From contig JAHJKD010000050.1 of the NCBI GenBank assembly GCA_018822435.1, positions 1,531 through 65,530 on the forward strand: 64,000 nucleotides of DNA. The letters are read 5' to 3'. Shown one piece after another: positions 27,701 through 37,668 of this stretch (position 1 is the first letter of the stretch; the number at the start of each line of letters is the position of its first letter). The position numbers and the translations under genes were made by a program. The stretch is from Patescibacteria group bacterium. Lineage in GTDB: Bacteria; Patescibacteriota; Patescibacteriia; UBA9570; JAHJKD01. Below the pieces are notes generated by a model. It made no database searches and was not told the origin of the DNA. It saw nothing but the letters and a program-made list of their open reading frames with translations.

Positions 27701-29758
27701 AACTGCTCCCCACCAGGTCGAGCGAATGTCAAAATTATTATTATTATTACCGATATTATTATCGGTTAAAAGCGTTGTCTCATTAGCCGCTCTGGTATCA
27801 ACAAATAAAATACCGCCGTCCGTATTGCTGTTAATCGTATTTTCCACGCCGCTACCGCCAATATCAGGCTTTGAAACCAAATCATAAGAATGTCCGATCG
27901 GCGTCTGCTTATCATAATAAGGATCATAATGATTCGGTAAATCATCTTGATTCAGGGCATGGTCAAGAGTTCCGGCCGCATAAATACCATAATCTGCATT
28001 ACCGGTCAGAGTATTGCTTTCCAAAGTCATGGTTGATCCTTCAAGAAAAACACCTGAACCGCCATTACCTGATATTGTATTGTCTCTTACGATTGGTTCT
28101 TCACCCGGAGTCTGATCAAGATTATAGTCTTGGGCAAAAATTCCATGAGAAGAATTATTGGAAATATCATTATTTTGAATTATATATCCCGCGCCAGGAA
28201 ATCCAGATGAAGAATAAACCATGCGCATAACAACACCATAGGTATTATTTTTTATAGAATTTGTCCGATTGCCTGCCGCCCCAAAATAATCATTGCCTCC
28301 CGCTTCTCCCGCTATTATATTTATGCCCATATAATTTGGAATACTGGAATCATCTTTTCCAATACCAAAATAATTTCCATAAATCATGGAATCATCTCCC
28401 ACAATATGAGAAAATAACATACCGCTGCCATCATCAGCCGGATGTGAATCAGATATTCCTGTATTCCCAATAAAATAATTTCTTTGGTCGGCTAATAATC
28501 CCGCATTTGAGCACATGTTCACGGCCCAGCCTAAATCATCTGTATCATCGCAATAGCCGATGATATTACTATAATGATTATAAATAAATCTTACGCCCTG
28601 TTCTGTTTGTCCAGGTGCTGGAGTATAAATATCACTTGTTCCAGTCGGATCTCCTCCAATAATATTTCCTGATACACGATTATGATGAAAGCCCGGATTT
28701 GTGTCCTGATCAAATCCAAAAAAGGTACCATAATCATAACCCGCCCCAACATTGCCTTCTGAACTATCATCAACTCCGTCTCCATCTGTACCAATCGTAT
28801 TATATTTAGCATCAGTATATAAATATACTCCAAAAGCCAATTCTCCATAATGGACAATAGCAGAGCCATCAGGCCGAATATTAAAATAATTACCTGACAC
28901 TTTATTTTCCTGGCTGCTCCATCCTATAAAAAGTGAATCAGTATTTTGGTCATCGCCAGCTGCAAAAATATTCCGGGCTTGTGCCGCCGTACAAGAAAAA
29001 GCCGGATCATCATCAAAGCCGGTAATATTCTCATCCGAATTATAATAACGCAATGATGCGCCATTATTGCTATTCCAAGTCGTCCCGTTATCATCCAATG
29101 CAAACCAGTTGCCGGCCACATGATTTCTGTCCGCCACTAGCATGTAGATGCCGTTTCCTGAAGAAATTGCTCCCACAATATTATTGCCCACAATAACATT
29201 TCTTTGATGACTGTCAGGCGTACCAAAACAATCCAGTCCGATCTGGCTGTCTTCTGCCCTAAAAAATATTCCATTATCATCAAAGCCTTCCACTTTCAGT
29301 CCGCTAATGCGCGAATTATCAGCCGCATCATTAAAATACAATCCATTAAGGCAAGTTCCCGTTTTTGTTATACGAATTCCAGGTCTATCATTAATTGTAT
29401 CCCATTCATTTTCCGCTGTTAGAATTAAATCTTCATTTACGTTTGGCAACTGGCCCTGTCCGTCGCCGTCCACGGTAATGGTCACCTGGCTGCCAGCCAC
29501 AGCTACACCGGCAAAATCAACAGTATCTAATCCTGGATTTCCATTGGCCGCTGTTATGGCCTCGCGCAAAGAACAGTCGCCAGGATTGCAAGCACCCGGC
29601 GCCGGATCATCGTTCCTGGTGACGGAATAAGTGGCTGCGTATCCGGAAAAAGGCACACAAAGAAAAAGCCCTCCGATTAGGAGGGCCATAAAAAATCCAA
29701 AATATTTAGCATTTTGGCAGTTTTCACCGATGGATGCTATCTTTTTCCACAGTTTCAT
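24719..29758 (-). CDS. Giant cell-surface protein: right-handed beta-helix (pectate-lyase-like) repeats, Ig/FN3-like modules, C-terminal TM anchor
   Basis: 1679 aa. Signal peptide. NNxISGN beta-helix repeats. C-terminal hydrophobic segment then basic tail. poly-Glu stretch. Confidence 0.7.
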   Translation of the reverse strand: MKLWKKIASIGENCQNAKYFGFFMALLIGGLFLCVPFSGYAATYSVTRNDDPAPGACNPGDCSLREAITAANGNPGLDTVDFAGVAVAGSQVTITVDGDGQGQLPNVNEDLILTAENEWDTINDRPGIRITKTGTCLNGLYFNDAADNSRISGLKVEGFDDNGIFFRAEDSQIGLDCFGTPDSHQRNVIVGNNIVGAISSGNGIYMLVADRNHVAGNWFALDDNGTTWNSNNGASLRYYNSDENITGFDDDPAFSCTAAQARNIFAAGDDQNTDSLFIGWSSQENKVSGNYFNIRPDGSAIVHYGELAFGVYLYTDAKYNTIGTDGDGVDDSSEGNVGAGYDYGTFFGFDQDTNPGFHHNRVSGNIIGGDPTGTSDIYTPAPGQTEQGVRFIYNHYSNIIGYCDDTDDLGWAVNMCSNAGLLADQRNYFIGNTGISDSHPADDGSGMLFSHIVGDDSMIYGNYFGIGKDDSSIPNYMGINIIAGEAGGNDYFGAAGNRTNSIKNNTYGVVMRMVYSSSGFPGAGYIIQNNDISNNSSHGIFAQDYNLDQTPGEEPIVRDNTISGNGGSGVFLEGSTMTLESNTLTGNADYGIYAAGTLDHALNQDDLPNHYDPYYDKQTPIGHSYDLVSKPDIGGSGVENTINSNTDGGILFVDTRAANETTLLTDNNIGNNNNNFDIRSTWWGAVEILYKDLNPIKSGSNTVSVIPQSGATYSGSTLSNGTFTNPPYPAGDTDQGAWGPASFEYDDEPTWFYITDYEYDVNGSKTEYGPFTIKVYGDYANDSLNPTFTFNGKDDDTNPGGLPSYYDTDGVWRYQIADAIVSTVPDQPANTSPANGSVDQKTDVALSASAFADAAETHAASQWKVYNSSSQCAADSGAVLNTGDAAANTSYTVPYGSLAKGATYWWHVRYKNSYGNYSNYSNCTVFTTSTSNIIQTGTIPNQQWNEDTTLTKAFDLDDYFQDLRSLAMHYEVLGSDSPANITVSIGSENKVTFTPKSNWYGTATVTFKAIDTEGDTRNSNQVTLTVNNVNDPPNKITSGFSPPNNSTTSSQTPTLKWDAPSDPDHSKSQLYYRVRIGKNSDPANNYEYSYTSATGSPEVNVINQLNDETDYYWTVRAIDPEGLKGEWSGAKKFYVNTSLDPEISLTKIVTVGTAPLTWLNKFIKMAMAATGNENVEFRELDYSAYQIPLWSFLFIFLTLFLVTLFLSGGLKKPHLVIFRSPARSFSKIAPANKKGTWQMSYDQFRGNAKTNHWAAVGAGVITAALVVFAIFSPVIKAADDNGVPVEPGNYLKYSLTYRNTGDGDATSINIRDYIPSGTYLSSYGGDLNVNGTTLDFSDTAIAPGETKSVYFVVRVINPNFNSAVVGSEAAFSSNEASAATNSNMTSNPIETSTLSYYVQDPIGDPLPGSYVYIYKDGYKVSSGVTNENGELTFYGLGSGVYYAEVFGPSSFAATATAYTSVSRHSSAGQTIVLAFEEEEEEEFIIVIVNEEEIKIPRDIRPPQTEEERQELKETMENFLKLLMVNDTNVEGMDFFEATYGDVPGIEEYIDEEGNIQTLINVSGPELVLKGLTLPHATVTVKIRSEEVVRVTKADEYGRWEIRVPMELLPEGEHTVYAQSELYGVETDEIVLGKFVIPEEGQGLSKTMWLFIVNLSLIVAFAIFMFFYTRKRGLTFKKKV

Positions 29759-29783
29759 TAAATATAGTATAGCACATTTTCAA

Positions 29784-31583
29784 TTAAACTTCAATAACGA
29801 CCGGGAGTATCATGGGACGTCTTTCAGTTTTCTTGAATAAAAATTTTCCAATTTCATCCCGAAGCTTATTTTTCAAATACATCGGATTGGCTGCATCTTG
29901 GGGATTTTTATCCTTAGCGACTTCTCTTACTTTTTTTCGCGTATCCTCAATAAGATTTTTACTGCCTTTCATATATATAAAGCCGCGGGAAATAATATCA
30001 GGTGATCCGATCAATTCCCCGGTTTGTGCCGATACAGTCACGATCACGACAAACATGCCGTCATCGGCCATAACTTGCCTATCTCTTAAGACTACATTAG
30101 AAACGTCGCCCACGCCAAGACCGTCAACCATAACATAGTCAGTATCGACTTTATCTTTGGTCATCCTGCCTTCACCACCAGAAAATTCCATAACCTGGCC
30201 ATTTTTAGTAATAAAGACATGGTCTTTGTCCCAGCCCAGGCCTTCTGCCACCTTAGCCGCCGCATGCATCATGAATTGATTACCCATGATCGGAATAATA
30301 TATTTCGGCTTGATCAAAGTGTAAAGCAGTTTCAGGTCTTCTTCTTTAGCATGACCGCCGGCATGCACATCCATCATTTTATAATGGATAACATTGGCGC
30401 CTTCTTTTACTAAAGTGTCTTTTAGCCTTTGTACAGTTCTTTCATTTCCAGGAATGACTGAAGATGAAAACACGACTGTATCGCCCGGTTGGATCCGGAA
30501 ATATTTATGTTCCTTGCCGGCAATACGCATTAGAGCGGCATTGCCTTCGCCCTGGGCACCAGTACACATAATAATAACTTTATTATCAGGCAGCTTACTC
30601 GCTTCGGCTGAAGAAACGAATGTATTAGGTTTGGCTTTCAGATAGCCTAGCTCACGGCAGAGGGCCACGTTTGTTTTCATAGAATAGCCTTCCACCGTAA
30701 TCTTCCGTCCATACTTTTCCGCATCCCACACAATCTGCTGGACACGGGTAAGTAAAGATGCAAATGTACCGACAATTACCCGGCCTTCAGCATCTTTAAT
30801 AATATTTTCCAGAGTCTCCCCAATCGTCTTTTCTGATTCCTGATGGCCGGCTTGGTCAGCATTAGTCGAATCTGAAAACAGGGCCAGTACGCCTTCAGTG
30901 CCTAGGCGGGCAATTTTATCAAACTCCGCCACTTTATCCATGACTGGAGTATAATCAAATTTGAAATCACCGGTGTGAACCAATGTTCCTTCTGGCGTAT
31001 GCACAATTATGCCGACACAATCCGGGATATTATGGTTGACGCGAAAAAATTCTACGCGAAAAGCGCCTAGTTCCAATTCCGCATCTGGATTGATCTCTCT
31101 CGTATCAAGACTGCCTTTACCGGCAAAATCTTCCTGGCGCTTATCAATAATGCCCAGCGTCAATTTTGTGCCATAAATTGGGGGGTTCTTCAGACTAGGC
31201 GCGATATGCGGAATCCCGCCAATATGGTCGAGATGGCCATGCGTGATAATAATGCCTTTAACATTTTTTTCCTTGCCTTTTAAGTAGTTCATGTTCGGAA
31301 TGATGTAATCAATTCCGGGCTGATCCTCTTCAGGAAATTGCAAACCACAATCAATCATGATGATGTCATCACCGTACTCGATTAATGTCATGTTGCGGCC
31401 GACTTCTTCGGCTCCTCCCATGATCATGACTTTCAGCTTGGCACCACGCCGGCCTTTTGCCATTGTTGTCGGCCTTTTTTGTCCGCGCTGGAAAGTTCTA
31501 TTTGATTTTGTCCTGTTCTTGACCACTATGGTCTTACGCCTTTTTGGCGAATGACCTTTATAGGTCTTCTTCTTTGGTGTCAT
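29784..31583 (-). CDS. rnj: Ribonuclease J
   Basis: Metallo-beta-lactamase HGHLDHIGG and beta-CASP blocks. The tracked ORF has a roughly 40-aa basic N-terminal extension. True start may be the internal MAKGRRGAKLKVMIMGG. Confidence 0.85.
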   Translation of the reverse strand: MTPKKKTYKGHSPKRRKTIVVKNRTKSNRTFQRGQKRPTTMAKGRRGAKLKVMIMGGAEEVGRNMTLIEYGDDIIMIDCGLQFPEEDQPGIDYIIPNMNYLKGKEKNVKGIIITHGHLDHIGGIPHIAPSLKNPPIYGTKLTLGIIDKRQEDFAGKGSLDTREINPDAELELGAFRVEFFRVNHNIPDCVGIIVHTPEGTLVHTGDFKFDYTPVMDKVAEFDKIARLGTEGVLALFSDSTNADQAGHQESEKTIGETLENIIKDAEGRVIVGTFASLLTRVQQIVWDAEKYGRKITVEGYSMKTNVALCRELGYLKAKPNTFVSSAEASKLPDNKVIIMCTGAQGEGNAALMRIAGKEHKYFRIQPGDTVVFSSSVIPGNERTVQRLKDTLVKEGANVIHYKMMDVHAGGHAKEEDLKLLYTLIKPKYIIPIMGNQFMMHAAAKVAEGLGWDKDHVFITKNGQVMEFSGGEGRMTKDKVDTDYVMVDGLGVGDVSNVVLRDRQVMADDGMFVVIVTVSAQTGELIGSPDIISRGFIYMKGSKNLIEDTRKKVREVAKDKNPQDAANPMYLKNKLRDEIGKFLFKKTERRPMILPVVIEV

Positions 31584-31633
31584 AAATTTAAAAAAATTTA
31601 ATTGTTAAAATAATAAATAGAAGAAATTTATTG

Positions 31634-31717
31634 TGCCGGGAAGAGGATTTGAACCTCCACGGAGTTGCCCCCACACGGCTCTGAACCGTGCGTGTCTACC
31701 AATTTCACCATCCCGGC
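31634..31717 (-). tRNA. tRNA-Leu (anticodon CAG)
   Basis: Hand-folded: acceptor GCCGGGA/UCCCGGC, long variable arm, anticodon loop UUCAGAG, T-loop GGUUCAAAUCC. Confidence 0.75.
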
Positions 31718-31804
31718 CCTTCGATGCGCTATGCTTACTCAGGGTCTACTTATAATATTTAAATTTATCCTGAGTAGCCCGAAGGGCGTACCGAAGGATA
31801 AAAA

Positions 31805-33826
31805 TTACTCTTGTGTGTCTTCGGCTGTTTCTTCCTCTTCTTTTACAGCCTCTTCATCTGTAGCTGTTTCTTCCTCAGAAGCATCAGTCGCTGTCGCATC
31901 TGTAGCGACCGCATCTGTTGCTTCTGTGGAGTCCTGCGAAGCCTCTGGCGTAGCAGACTCCGGCGGTAATTCAACCACATCCGTTTCTTCTTCATCCTCT
32001 ATTTTGGATTTCCATATCCTGCTTGTCTTTACATACCAATTGGCAATACCAGCAAACCGGTCAGACGGTATCGTAATATATTGTGATTCAATTCCCTTAA
32101 CTTTCTTATGTACGGCATAAGTATAAAGTGGGTTATATAAGAAGATGGCAGGCAGTTCATCTGCTAAAATATTTTGAAAATGATAATATTTTTTAGCTCT
32201 TTCTTCATCGTCTGTGGCCACGCGTGCTTCTTCTAGTAACTGGTCAACATCTTTAAGCCTTTTATAAGGAATAGCCAGATTCAAACCAGGATGTTCATCC
32301 TGAGAAGAATGCCAGAAAGGATACGGATCCGGATCAGTTCCGACGATCTCGCCAAATAATAAAGCTTCATAATTTCTGTCTTTAATGACTTCTGTCTGGA
32401 TATCTTCCACACTATAGGTGTTGATATTAACTTTCATGCCCATGTCTTCCCAGTTCTGCTTCAAAACATCCAGGGTCTGGATAAATTCTGGCTGGTCAAC
32501 TGTCACGATCGTAAACTCTAAAACACGATCATTTCTAGTGCGATATTCTTCGTCATCATCTTTTGTCCAACCGCCTTCGTTTAATATTTCCCTGGCCTTT
32601 TTAATATCATATTCATATTTTCTGATTTCTTCATTATAGCCGACATAGCCAGGCAGAATTGATGCAAAAATCGGTTCGCCATTTCCACCCAAAACATCAT
32701 CAATAATCTTTTTTCTGGGAATGCCATGGGCCATGGCTTCACGCACAGCTTTATAAGCTAAGACATTATCTTCGCCTTCTTTTTGATTAAAGAAAATAGC
32801 CGTATATTGCGGTAATCTTAAATAATGATATTCGAGCTTTCTATTCCTTTTATGGAGGTCTTCCTGCATGTCAAACGGCACAAAAGCAACGCTTTCGACT
32901 TTTTTTGCTGCGGCTGCATCTACCGCCGCTGTAATATCTGGATAAAAAATAAAATTCAAATTATCCAAATAGGGTAAACGTTCAAAATAATTCTTATTCT
33001 TTTCCAGATGGAAAGATTTAATATTACCATCGCGGTCCTTCACCAATTCTTTGAATTGATAAGGGCCGGAACCGATCGGCTTAATATTATATTCAGTCAA
33101 TAAAACATTTTTCGTTGATACGGAATAAGCATCAAACCAGATATGTTTGGGCATGATGCCAAAAGTCAGGGTTGATAAGAAAGGAGCAAATGGTTCTTTC
33201 AAAAACATTTTAAAATTATATTCATCCACCTTTTCCACGCCAACACCGCGCAAACTGGGCAAGAGCGGGCTTTGAAAGTTTTCATCCTGGATAGCGCCTA
33301 TGGTAAAAACAATATCTTCAGCCGTCAGCGGTTCACCATCATGCCAAACCACGCCTTCTTTTATCTTAAATGAATATTCTTTCTGGTCTTCAGAAATCTC
33401 ATAAGACTCTACTAAGTCAGGCACTAATTCCTGATCTTCATTATATTTGAACAATCCTGAAAAAATAAGGCGGGAAAGATCCATGTCCACGTCATTTGTC
33501 TGGGCCAGAATCGGATTAATATGTTCCGGGTAACCCACTAGAGCTTCTGTGTATTCTCCGCCATTTTGCGGAATTGCTTCGGTATTACTGAAATATGCAT
33601 ACCCAATCAAGCCAACCACACCTGCTATTAATAGCATGCTGGCAACATAGGCAATTATTCTTTCCTTTTTCGGTAAAACTTTAAAAAAATATTTTGTCTG
33701 CTCCCAGGAAGGTTTCTTTTTATCGCTCACGCCATAAATAAGCTCCTCGCTTGGATCAGCTTTTTTTTCTTTATTTTCACCTTCCTTTTTCTTAGGAATA
33801 AATGATTTAAATGGATTGTTCTTCAT
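31805..33826 (-). CDS. ABC transporter substrate-binding protein, family 5 (oligopeptide/nickel type), with acidic C-terminal tail
   Basis: 673 aa. N-terminal TM anchor. SBP_bac_5-like blocks. Asp/Glu/Thr-rich low-complexity C-terminus. Confidence 0.7.
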   Translation of the reverse strand: MKNNPFKSFIPKKKEGENKEKKADPSEELIYGVSDKKKPSWEQTKYFFKVLPKKERIIAYVASMLLIAGVVGLIGYAYFSNTEAIPQNGGEYTEALVGYPEHINPILAQTNDVDMDLSRLIFSGLFKYNEDQELVPDLVESYEISEDQKEYSFKIKEGVVWHDGEPLTAEDIVFTIGAIQDENFQSPLLPSLRGVGVEKVDEYNFKMFLKEPFAPFLSTLTFGIMPKHIWFDAYSVSTKNVLLTEYNIKPIGSGPYQFKELVKDRDGNIKSFHLEKNKNYFERLPYLDNLNFIFYPDITAAVDAAAAKKVESVAFVPFDMQEDLHKRNRKLEYHYLRLPQYTAIFFNQKEGEDNVLAYKAVREAMAHGIPRKKIIDDVLGGNGEPIFASILPGYVGYNEEIRKYEYDIKKAREILNEGGWTKDDDEEYRTRNDRVLEFTIVTVDQPEFIQTLDVLKQNWEDMGMKVNINTYSVEDIQTEVIKDRNYEALLFGEIVGTDPDPYPFWHSSQDEHPGLNLAIPYKRLKDVDQLLEEARVATDDEERAKKYYHFQNILADELPAIFLYNPLYTYAVHKKVKGIESQYITIPSDRFAGIANWYVKTSRIWKSKIEDEEETDVVELPPESATPEASQDSTEATDAVATDATATDASEEETATDEEAVKEEEETAEDTQE

Positions 33827-33876
33827 GAAAAATTAGGGAAACAGTATTTGTGTTCCGCCTATAAATTTAGCGTTAA

Positions 33877-34098
33877 TTATCCTTGGATCAGAAATGAAAA
33901 CAAGGCCAGCCCGAGAAATAGAACAGAGAGTACAATAGAAGAGTAAAAAATAAACTTTTCTGCCCCGCGGCGCATGCCAAAAGACTCGCCTCCGCCGCCG
34001 AAAGCAGCGCCTAAACTTGATCCTCTTTGTTGCATCAGGATAGTGATTACAAGCAAAACAACTACCACTATCTGGGCAATACTTAAAGCTGTGTTCAT
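33877..34098 (-). CDS. secG: Preprotein translocase subunit SecG
   Basis: 73 aa. Two TM helices and Gly-rich loop LGAAFGGGGESFGMRR. Confidence 0.75.
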   Translation of the reverse strand: MNTALSIAQIVVVVLLVITILMQQRGSSLGAAFGGGGESFGMRRGAEKFIFYSSIVLSVLFLGLALFSFLIQG

Positions 34099-34181
34099 AT
34101 ATGTAAAAAGTCTTTAAATCGCATAATTACGTCAAAAAGTACTATATCATGAGTGCTTATATTTGTCAATGAGACCTGTTT

Positions 34182-35237
34182 TTAGGCCGCTTCTTTGTCT
34201 TCCCTGTTTCTCTCATTTTCTTTCGCCATTCTAATCATTTCTTCCATAAAATCCACTTCTTCCTCTGGACCTTCTTCATCCCAGTTCTCTTCTTCTGGTA
34301 AACCTTCAGTCGGCTTTCTGGCAATTTCCTCATATTCCTGCCAAGTTAATTCATCCTCCCGATCCTGCCGATAACCTCTCGCCTCTGCTTCTGCGTATGA
34401 TCCAGCTGTTTCCTGGCCCATTTGTTCTATGGCGTCGGCTTTTTCTTCTATTCTCGTTTTCCGGTCCCGTTGCCTTAATTCCTGCCTGCCTGTCTTTCTT
34501 GTCCGTAATTCCGCCATAATCGCCTCCTGCCAAATATCAAAATTGTCTTTTCCGGAAAATTGCTGTTCCAAGGATTCTTCCATTTCTTGCCTTGAAAATC
34601 TTTCCTTTCCAAACCTGGCAGCCTCCAGGTCCCGGGCCACAAAATTTAGTTTCGATAATACCTGGCTGTGCCTGGCCTCTTTTTCCCTGATAAGGCTCTT
34701 GTCCGCCTTATTCTTAATCAACGACCCGATCTCGTCTTCCAGAGCCCGGTTCTCATCTTTATAATATTTAATCAGATCGGAAAAATGAATAATATTCCCC
34801 CTAAATTTTTTATCAGCTTTATTGTCTGCTTTTTCCTTTTCCGCTTTGATCTGATCCAACATATACACAAGCTGCTCTTTTTTCATATTCCTGACCCGGC
34901 CGGCCACTCTTCTTTCAATCACATGAGAAGGCGCCTTGGTTTTTTCCCTGCCCAGGCCGATTTGTTTTCTTTGTATGTTTTCTTTTTCACCAACATCAAA
35001 TGCCTCTGGTTGATGACCTATTGCATGATCCTCATTAAAACGCATTTCCAATTCATGATCCAGAAGCTCAGCCTCAGTTGCCGGCTGCCCTCTTCTTTCA
35101 ATGATTTCTCTTGCGTTATCAGGCCAATCTTGGGACGCCTGCATCTTATTATAAATGCGTCCTCTTTTTTCTGCACCTGATCTGTATGTTGCTCCTCTCA
35201 TATAAGTAAAAATACCTAAAAATCGGCCCCTAGTCAA
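34182..35237 (-). CDS. Hypothetical highly charged coiled-coil protein
   Basis: 351-aa ORF rich in E/K/R. No catalytic motif. Confidence 0.5.
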   Translation of the reverse strand: MTRGRFLGIFTYMRGATYRSGAEKRGRIYNKMQASQDWPDNAREIIERRGQPATEAELLDHELEMRFNEDHAIGHQPEAFDVGEKENIQRKQIGLGREKTKAPSHVIERRVAGRVRNMKKEQLVYMLDQIKAEKEKADNKADKKFRGNIIHFSDLIKYYKDENRALEDEIGSLIKNKADKSLIREKEARHSQVLSKLNFVARDLEAARFGKERFSRQEMEESLEQQFSGKDNFDIWQEAIMAELRTRKTGRQELRQRDRKTRIEEKADAIEQMGQETAGSYAEAEARGYRQDREDELTWQEYEEIARKPTEGLPEEENWDEEGPEEEVDFMEEMIRMAKENERNREDKEAA

Positions 35238-35272
35238 ACCCCATTATTTCTGGTACACTAATCGGACTGAAT

Positions 35273-37366
35273 ATGGCAAATACGAAAAAAATCAATCCAA
35301 TTTTATATCCGCTGAATCCGAAACAGCAAGAAGCCGCTTCCGTGAATGAAGGGCCGGTTTTAATTTTGGCCGGCGCCGGTTCTGGCAAGACAAAAACACT
35401 GGTCCACCGCATTGCCAACCTCATCGCCGCTTACAAAGTTAAGCCTTGGAATATTCTGGCTGTCACTTTCACCAATAAAGCGGCTGGAGAAATAAAAGAA
35501 CGCGTGCAAAAGCTGATCGGCAAGAAATACAAGCATCTTCCTGCTATGGGTACTTTTCATTCCATCTGCGTCCGCATTTTAAGGCAGGAAATTGAGATAC
35601 TAGGCTACAAAAAGAACTATAATATTTTTGATTCTCATGACTCTCTGTCACTTATTAAGAAAGTCATGAAAGATCTGAACATCGATATTAAGCAAGTTAA
35701 TCCTCGGGCGATCGCGGCCATCATTTCTAATGCCAAAAACGAATTAATAGGGCCTGATGAGTATGCCGGACAAGCAAAAGGCTATATGGAACAAATGGTT
35801 GTAAAGGTCTATCCCGAATATCAGCGCCAGTTAAAAGACGCCAACTCGCTTGATTTTGACGACCTGATCATGAAAACCGTCCAGATTTTCCAGCAATATC
35901 CCGAAGTTTTAAAAAAATATCAGAATCTTTGGCATTATATATTAGTAGATGAGTATCAGGACACTAATCATGCCCAATACTTGTTCATTAAATTATTAGC
36001 CGAAGAAAAGAAAAACATTTGTGCCATAGGCGATGATTATCAGTCTATTTACGCCTTCCGCGGCGCAAATTACCAAAACATCCTGGATTTTGAAGATACA
36101 TTTGAAGATACAAAAACTGTTTATTTAGAGCAGAACTATCGTTCCACGCAAAATATTCTTGATACTGCTAACGAAATTATCAGTCATAATAAAAACCAAA
36201 AAGACAAAAAACTTTGGACAGAAAACCCCAAAGGCGACCGCGTCGTGGTTAAGGAGGTTCATGACGAAATCGACGAAGGCGAATATATTATTAAGTCTAT
36301 CTTTGGAATTGACGATGTAGGGGTCCGGAATTCTGAACCCGATCCCGACAGTGAAATAACTTATGAACCAGAAGAGCCCCAACACCAAACCATTCTAGAA
36401 AAAGTTATGGCTTCTAAAACTTTCCAAGAAAGACAAGAAGACAAAGATATATTAAATGCCGTGGAAAAATCTCTTAAAAAAACTGACTTATCCCAGTACG
36501 TAATTTTATACCGCACTAATGCCCAGTCCCGCGCCTTAGAAGAGTCTTTCTTAAAATATGGGATTCCCTATCGCATTATCGGCGGCATCAAGTTTTACGA
36601 AAGAAAAGAAATCAAAGACGTCCTCGCTTTCATGCGCGTCCTTTCCAATCCCTTGGACTGGGTCGCCCTGGAAAGATTGATCAATGTCCCTCCGCGCGGC
36701 GTTGGCCAAAAATCCTGGTTGAAAATTGAACGCGCCTGCCGCGATGCTGGGAAGACATATTTAGAAATAACTCCTAATGAAACTCCGGATGTGACTACTC
36801 GTTCCCGCCAAGGTTTTTTTATCTTTCAGGAAGCTATGAAAGAAATTGATGCCAAAAAAGAAAAATTAAATCCCACGGAAATATTAGACCTAATAGTAAA
36901 CAAGACTGGAATGAAGGCCTTTCTTAAAGATGGCAGTGAAGAGGGAGAAAGACGATGGGAAAATATCATGGAATTAAAAACTGTCACAAAAAAATACTTC
37001 GGCCAAAAAGGCCAGAAATCTTTAGAGGCATTTTTAGAGGAAGTCGCTCTAATATCTGATCAAGATAATATTGATGAAAAAGCCAAGGCCGTCAACATGA
37101 TGACGATTCATGCCGCCAAAGGCCTGGAATTTCCTAATGTATTTTTAGCGGGCATGGAAGAAGGCTTGTTCCCTCATTCCCGTTCTTTGTTTGAACCTAA
37201 AGAAATGGAAGAAGAACGCCGCCTCTGCTACGTCGCCCTCACCCGCGCCCGGGAAAAACTGAATTTAATTTATACATCACAACGGACTGTTTACGGCAAT
37301 ACGCAAATAAACGCTCCGTCAAGATTTATTGACGATCTTCCCAAAGAAAATATTGAAATGCGGTAA
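35273..37366 (+). CDS. pcrA: ATP-dependent DNA helicase, UvrD/PcrA family
   Basis: 697 aa. Walker A AGAGSGKT. Helicase motifs II DEYQDT through VI VALTRAR. Confidence 0.9.
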   Translation: MANTKKINPILYPLNPKQQEAASVNEGPVLILAGAGSGKTKTLVHRIANLIAAYKVKPWNILAVTFTNKAAGEIKERVQKLIGKKYKHLPAMGTFHSICVRILRQEIEILGYKKNYNIFDSHDSLSLIKKVMKDLNIDIKQVNPRAIAAIISNAKNELIGPDEYAGQAKGYMEQMVVKVYPEYQRQLKDANSLDFDDLIMKTVQIFQQYPEVLKKYQNLWHYILVDEYQDTNHAQYLFIKLLAEEKKNICAIGDDYQSIYAFRGANYQNILDFEDTFEDTKTVYLEQNYRSTQNILDTANEIISHNKNQKDKKLWTENPKGDRVVVKEVHDEIDEGEYIIKSIFGIDDVGVRNSEPDPDSEITYEPEEPQHQTILEKVMASKTFQERQEDKDILNAVEKSLKKTDLSQYVILYRTNAQSRALEESFLKYGIPYRIIGGIKFYERKEIKDVLAFMRVLSNPLDWVALERLINVPPRGVGQKSWLKIERACRDAGKTYLEITPNETPDVTTRSRQGFFIFQEAMKEIDAKKEKLNPTEILDLIVNKTGMKAFLKDGSEEGERRWENIMELKTVTKKYFGQKGQKSLEAFLEEVALISDQDNIDEKAKAVNMMTIHAAKGLEFPNVFLAGMEEGLFPHSRSLFEPKEMEEERRLCYVALTRAREKLNLIYTSQRTVYGNTQINAPSRFIDDLPKENIEMR

Positions 37367-37370
37367 AACT

Positions 37371-37404
37371 AAATATCCTACCCCTTAAGGGGCAGGATAT
37401 TTAG
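37371..37404. terminator. Near-perfect 16-bp palindrome between convergent pcrA and a small minus-strand ORF (bidirectional terminator candidate)
   Basis: aaatatcctacccctt/aaggggcaggatattt. Confidence 0.4.
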
Positions 37405-37413
37405 TTTTTATTT

Positions 37414-37554
37414 TTATTTTTCCTTCAATTTCTGCAAATCAAAAACGGCCTTGCCTGAGACTTTCATTTTAGGCTTTTTTGTTTTCTTCTGCTGCCGTCG
37501 TTTTGACTTGGCTTCAGCTTTCTTTTCTAACTCATGAGAGTGGTTGTTCTTCAT
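37414..37554 (-). CDS. Small basic protein (46 aa), hypothetical
   Basis: MKNNHSHELEKKAEAKSKRRQQKKTKKPKMKVSGKAVFDLQKLKEK. Below the ORF-track size cutoff. Confidence 0.3.
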   Translation of the reverse strand: MKNNHSHELEKKAEAKSKRRQQKKTKKPKMKVSGKAVFDLQKLKEK

Positions 37555-37668
37555 GAGTGTATTATATAAAACGAACTAGAATTTGAAAAGAAGGAGGGGG
37601 AGGATTTCGGGAGGGGGAGGAGGATCCGAGGGGTTATGCCGAAGCAAAACCACACGGACCTCCTTCCC

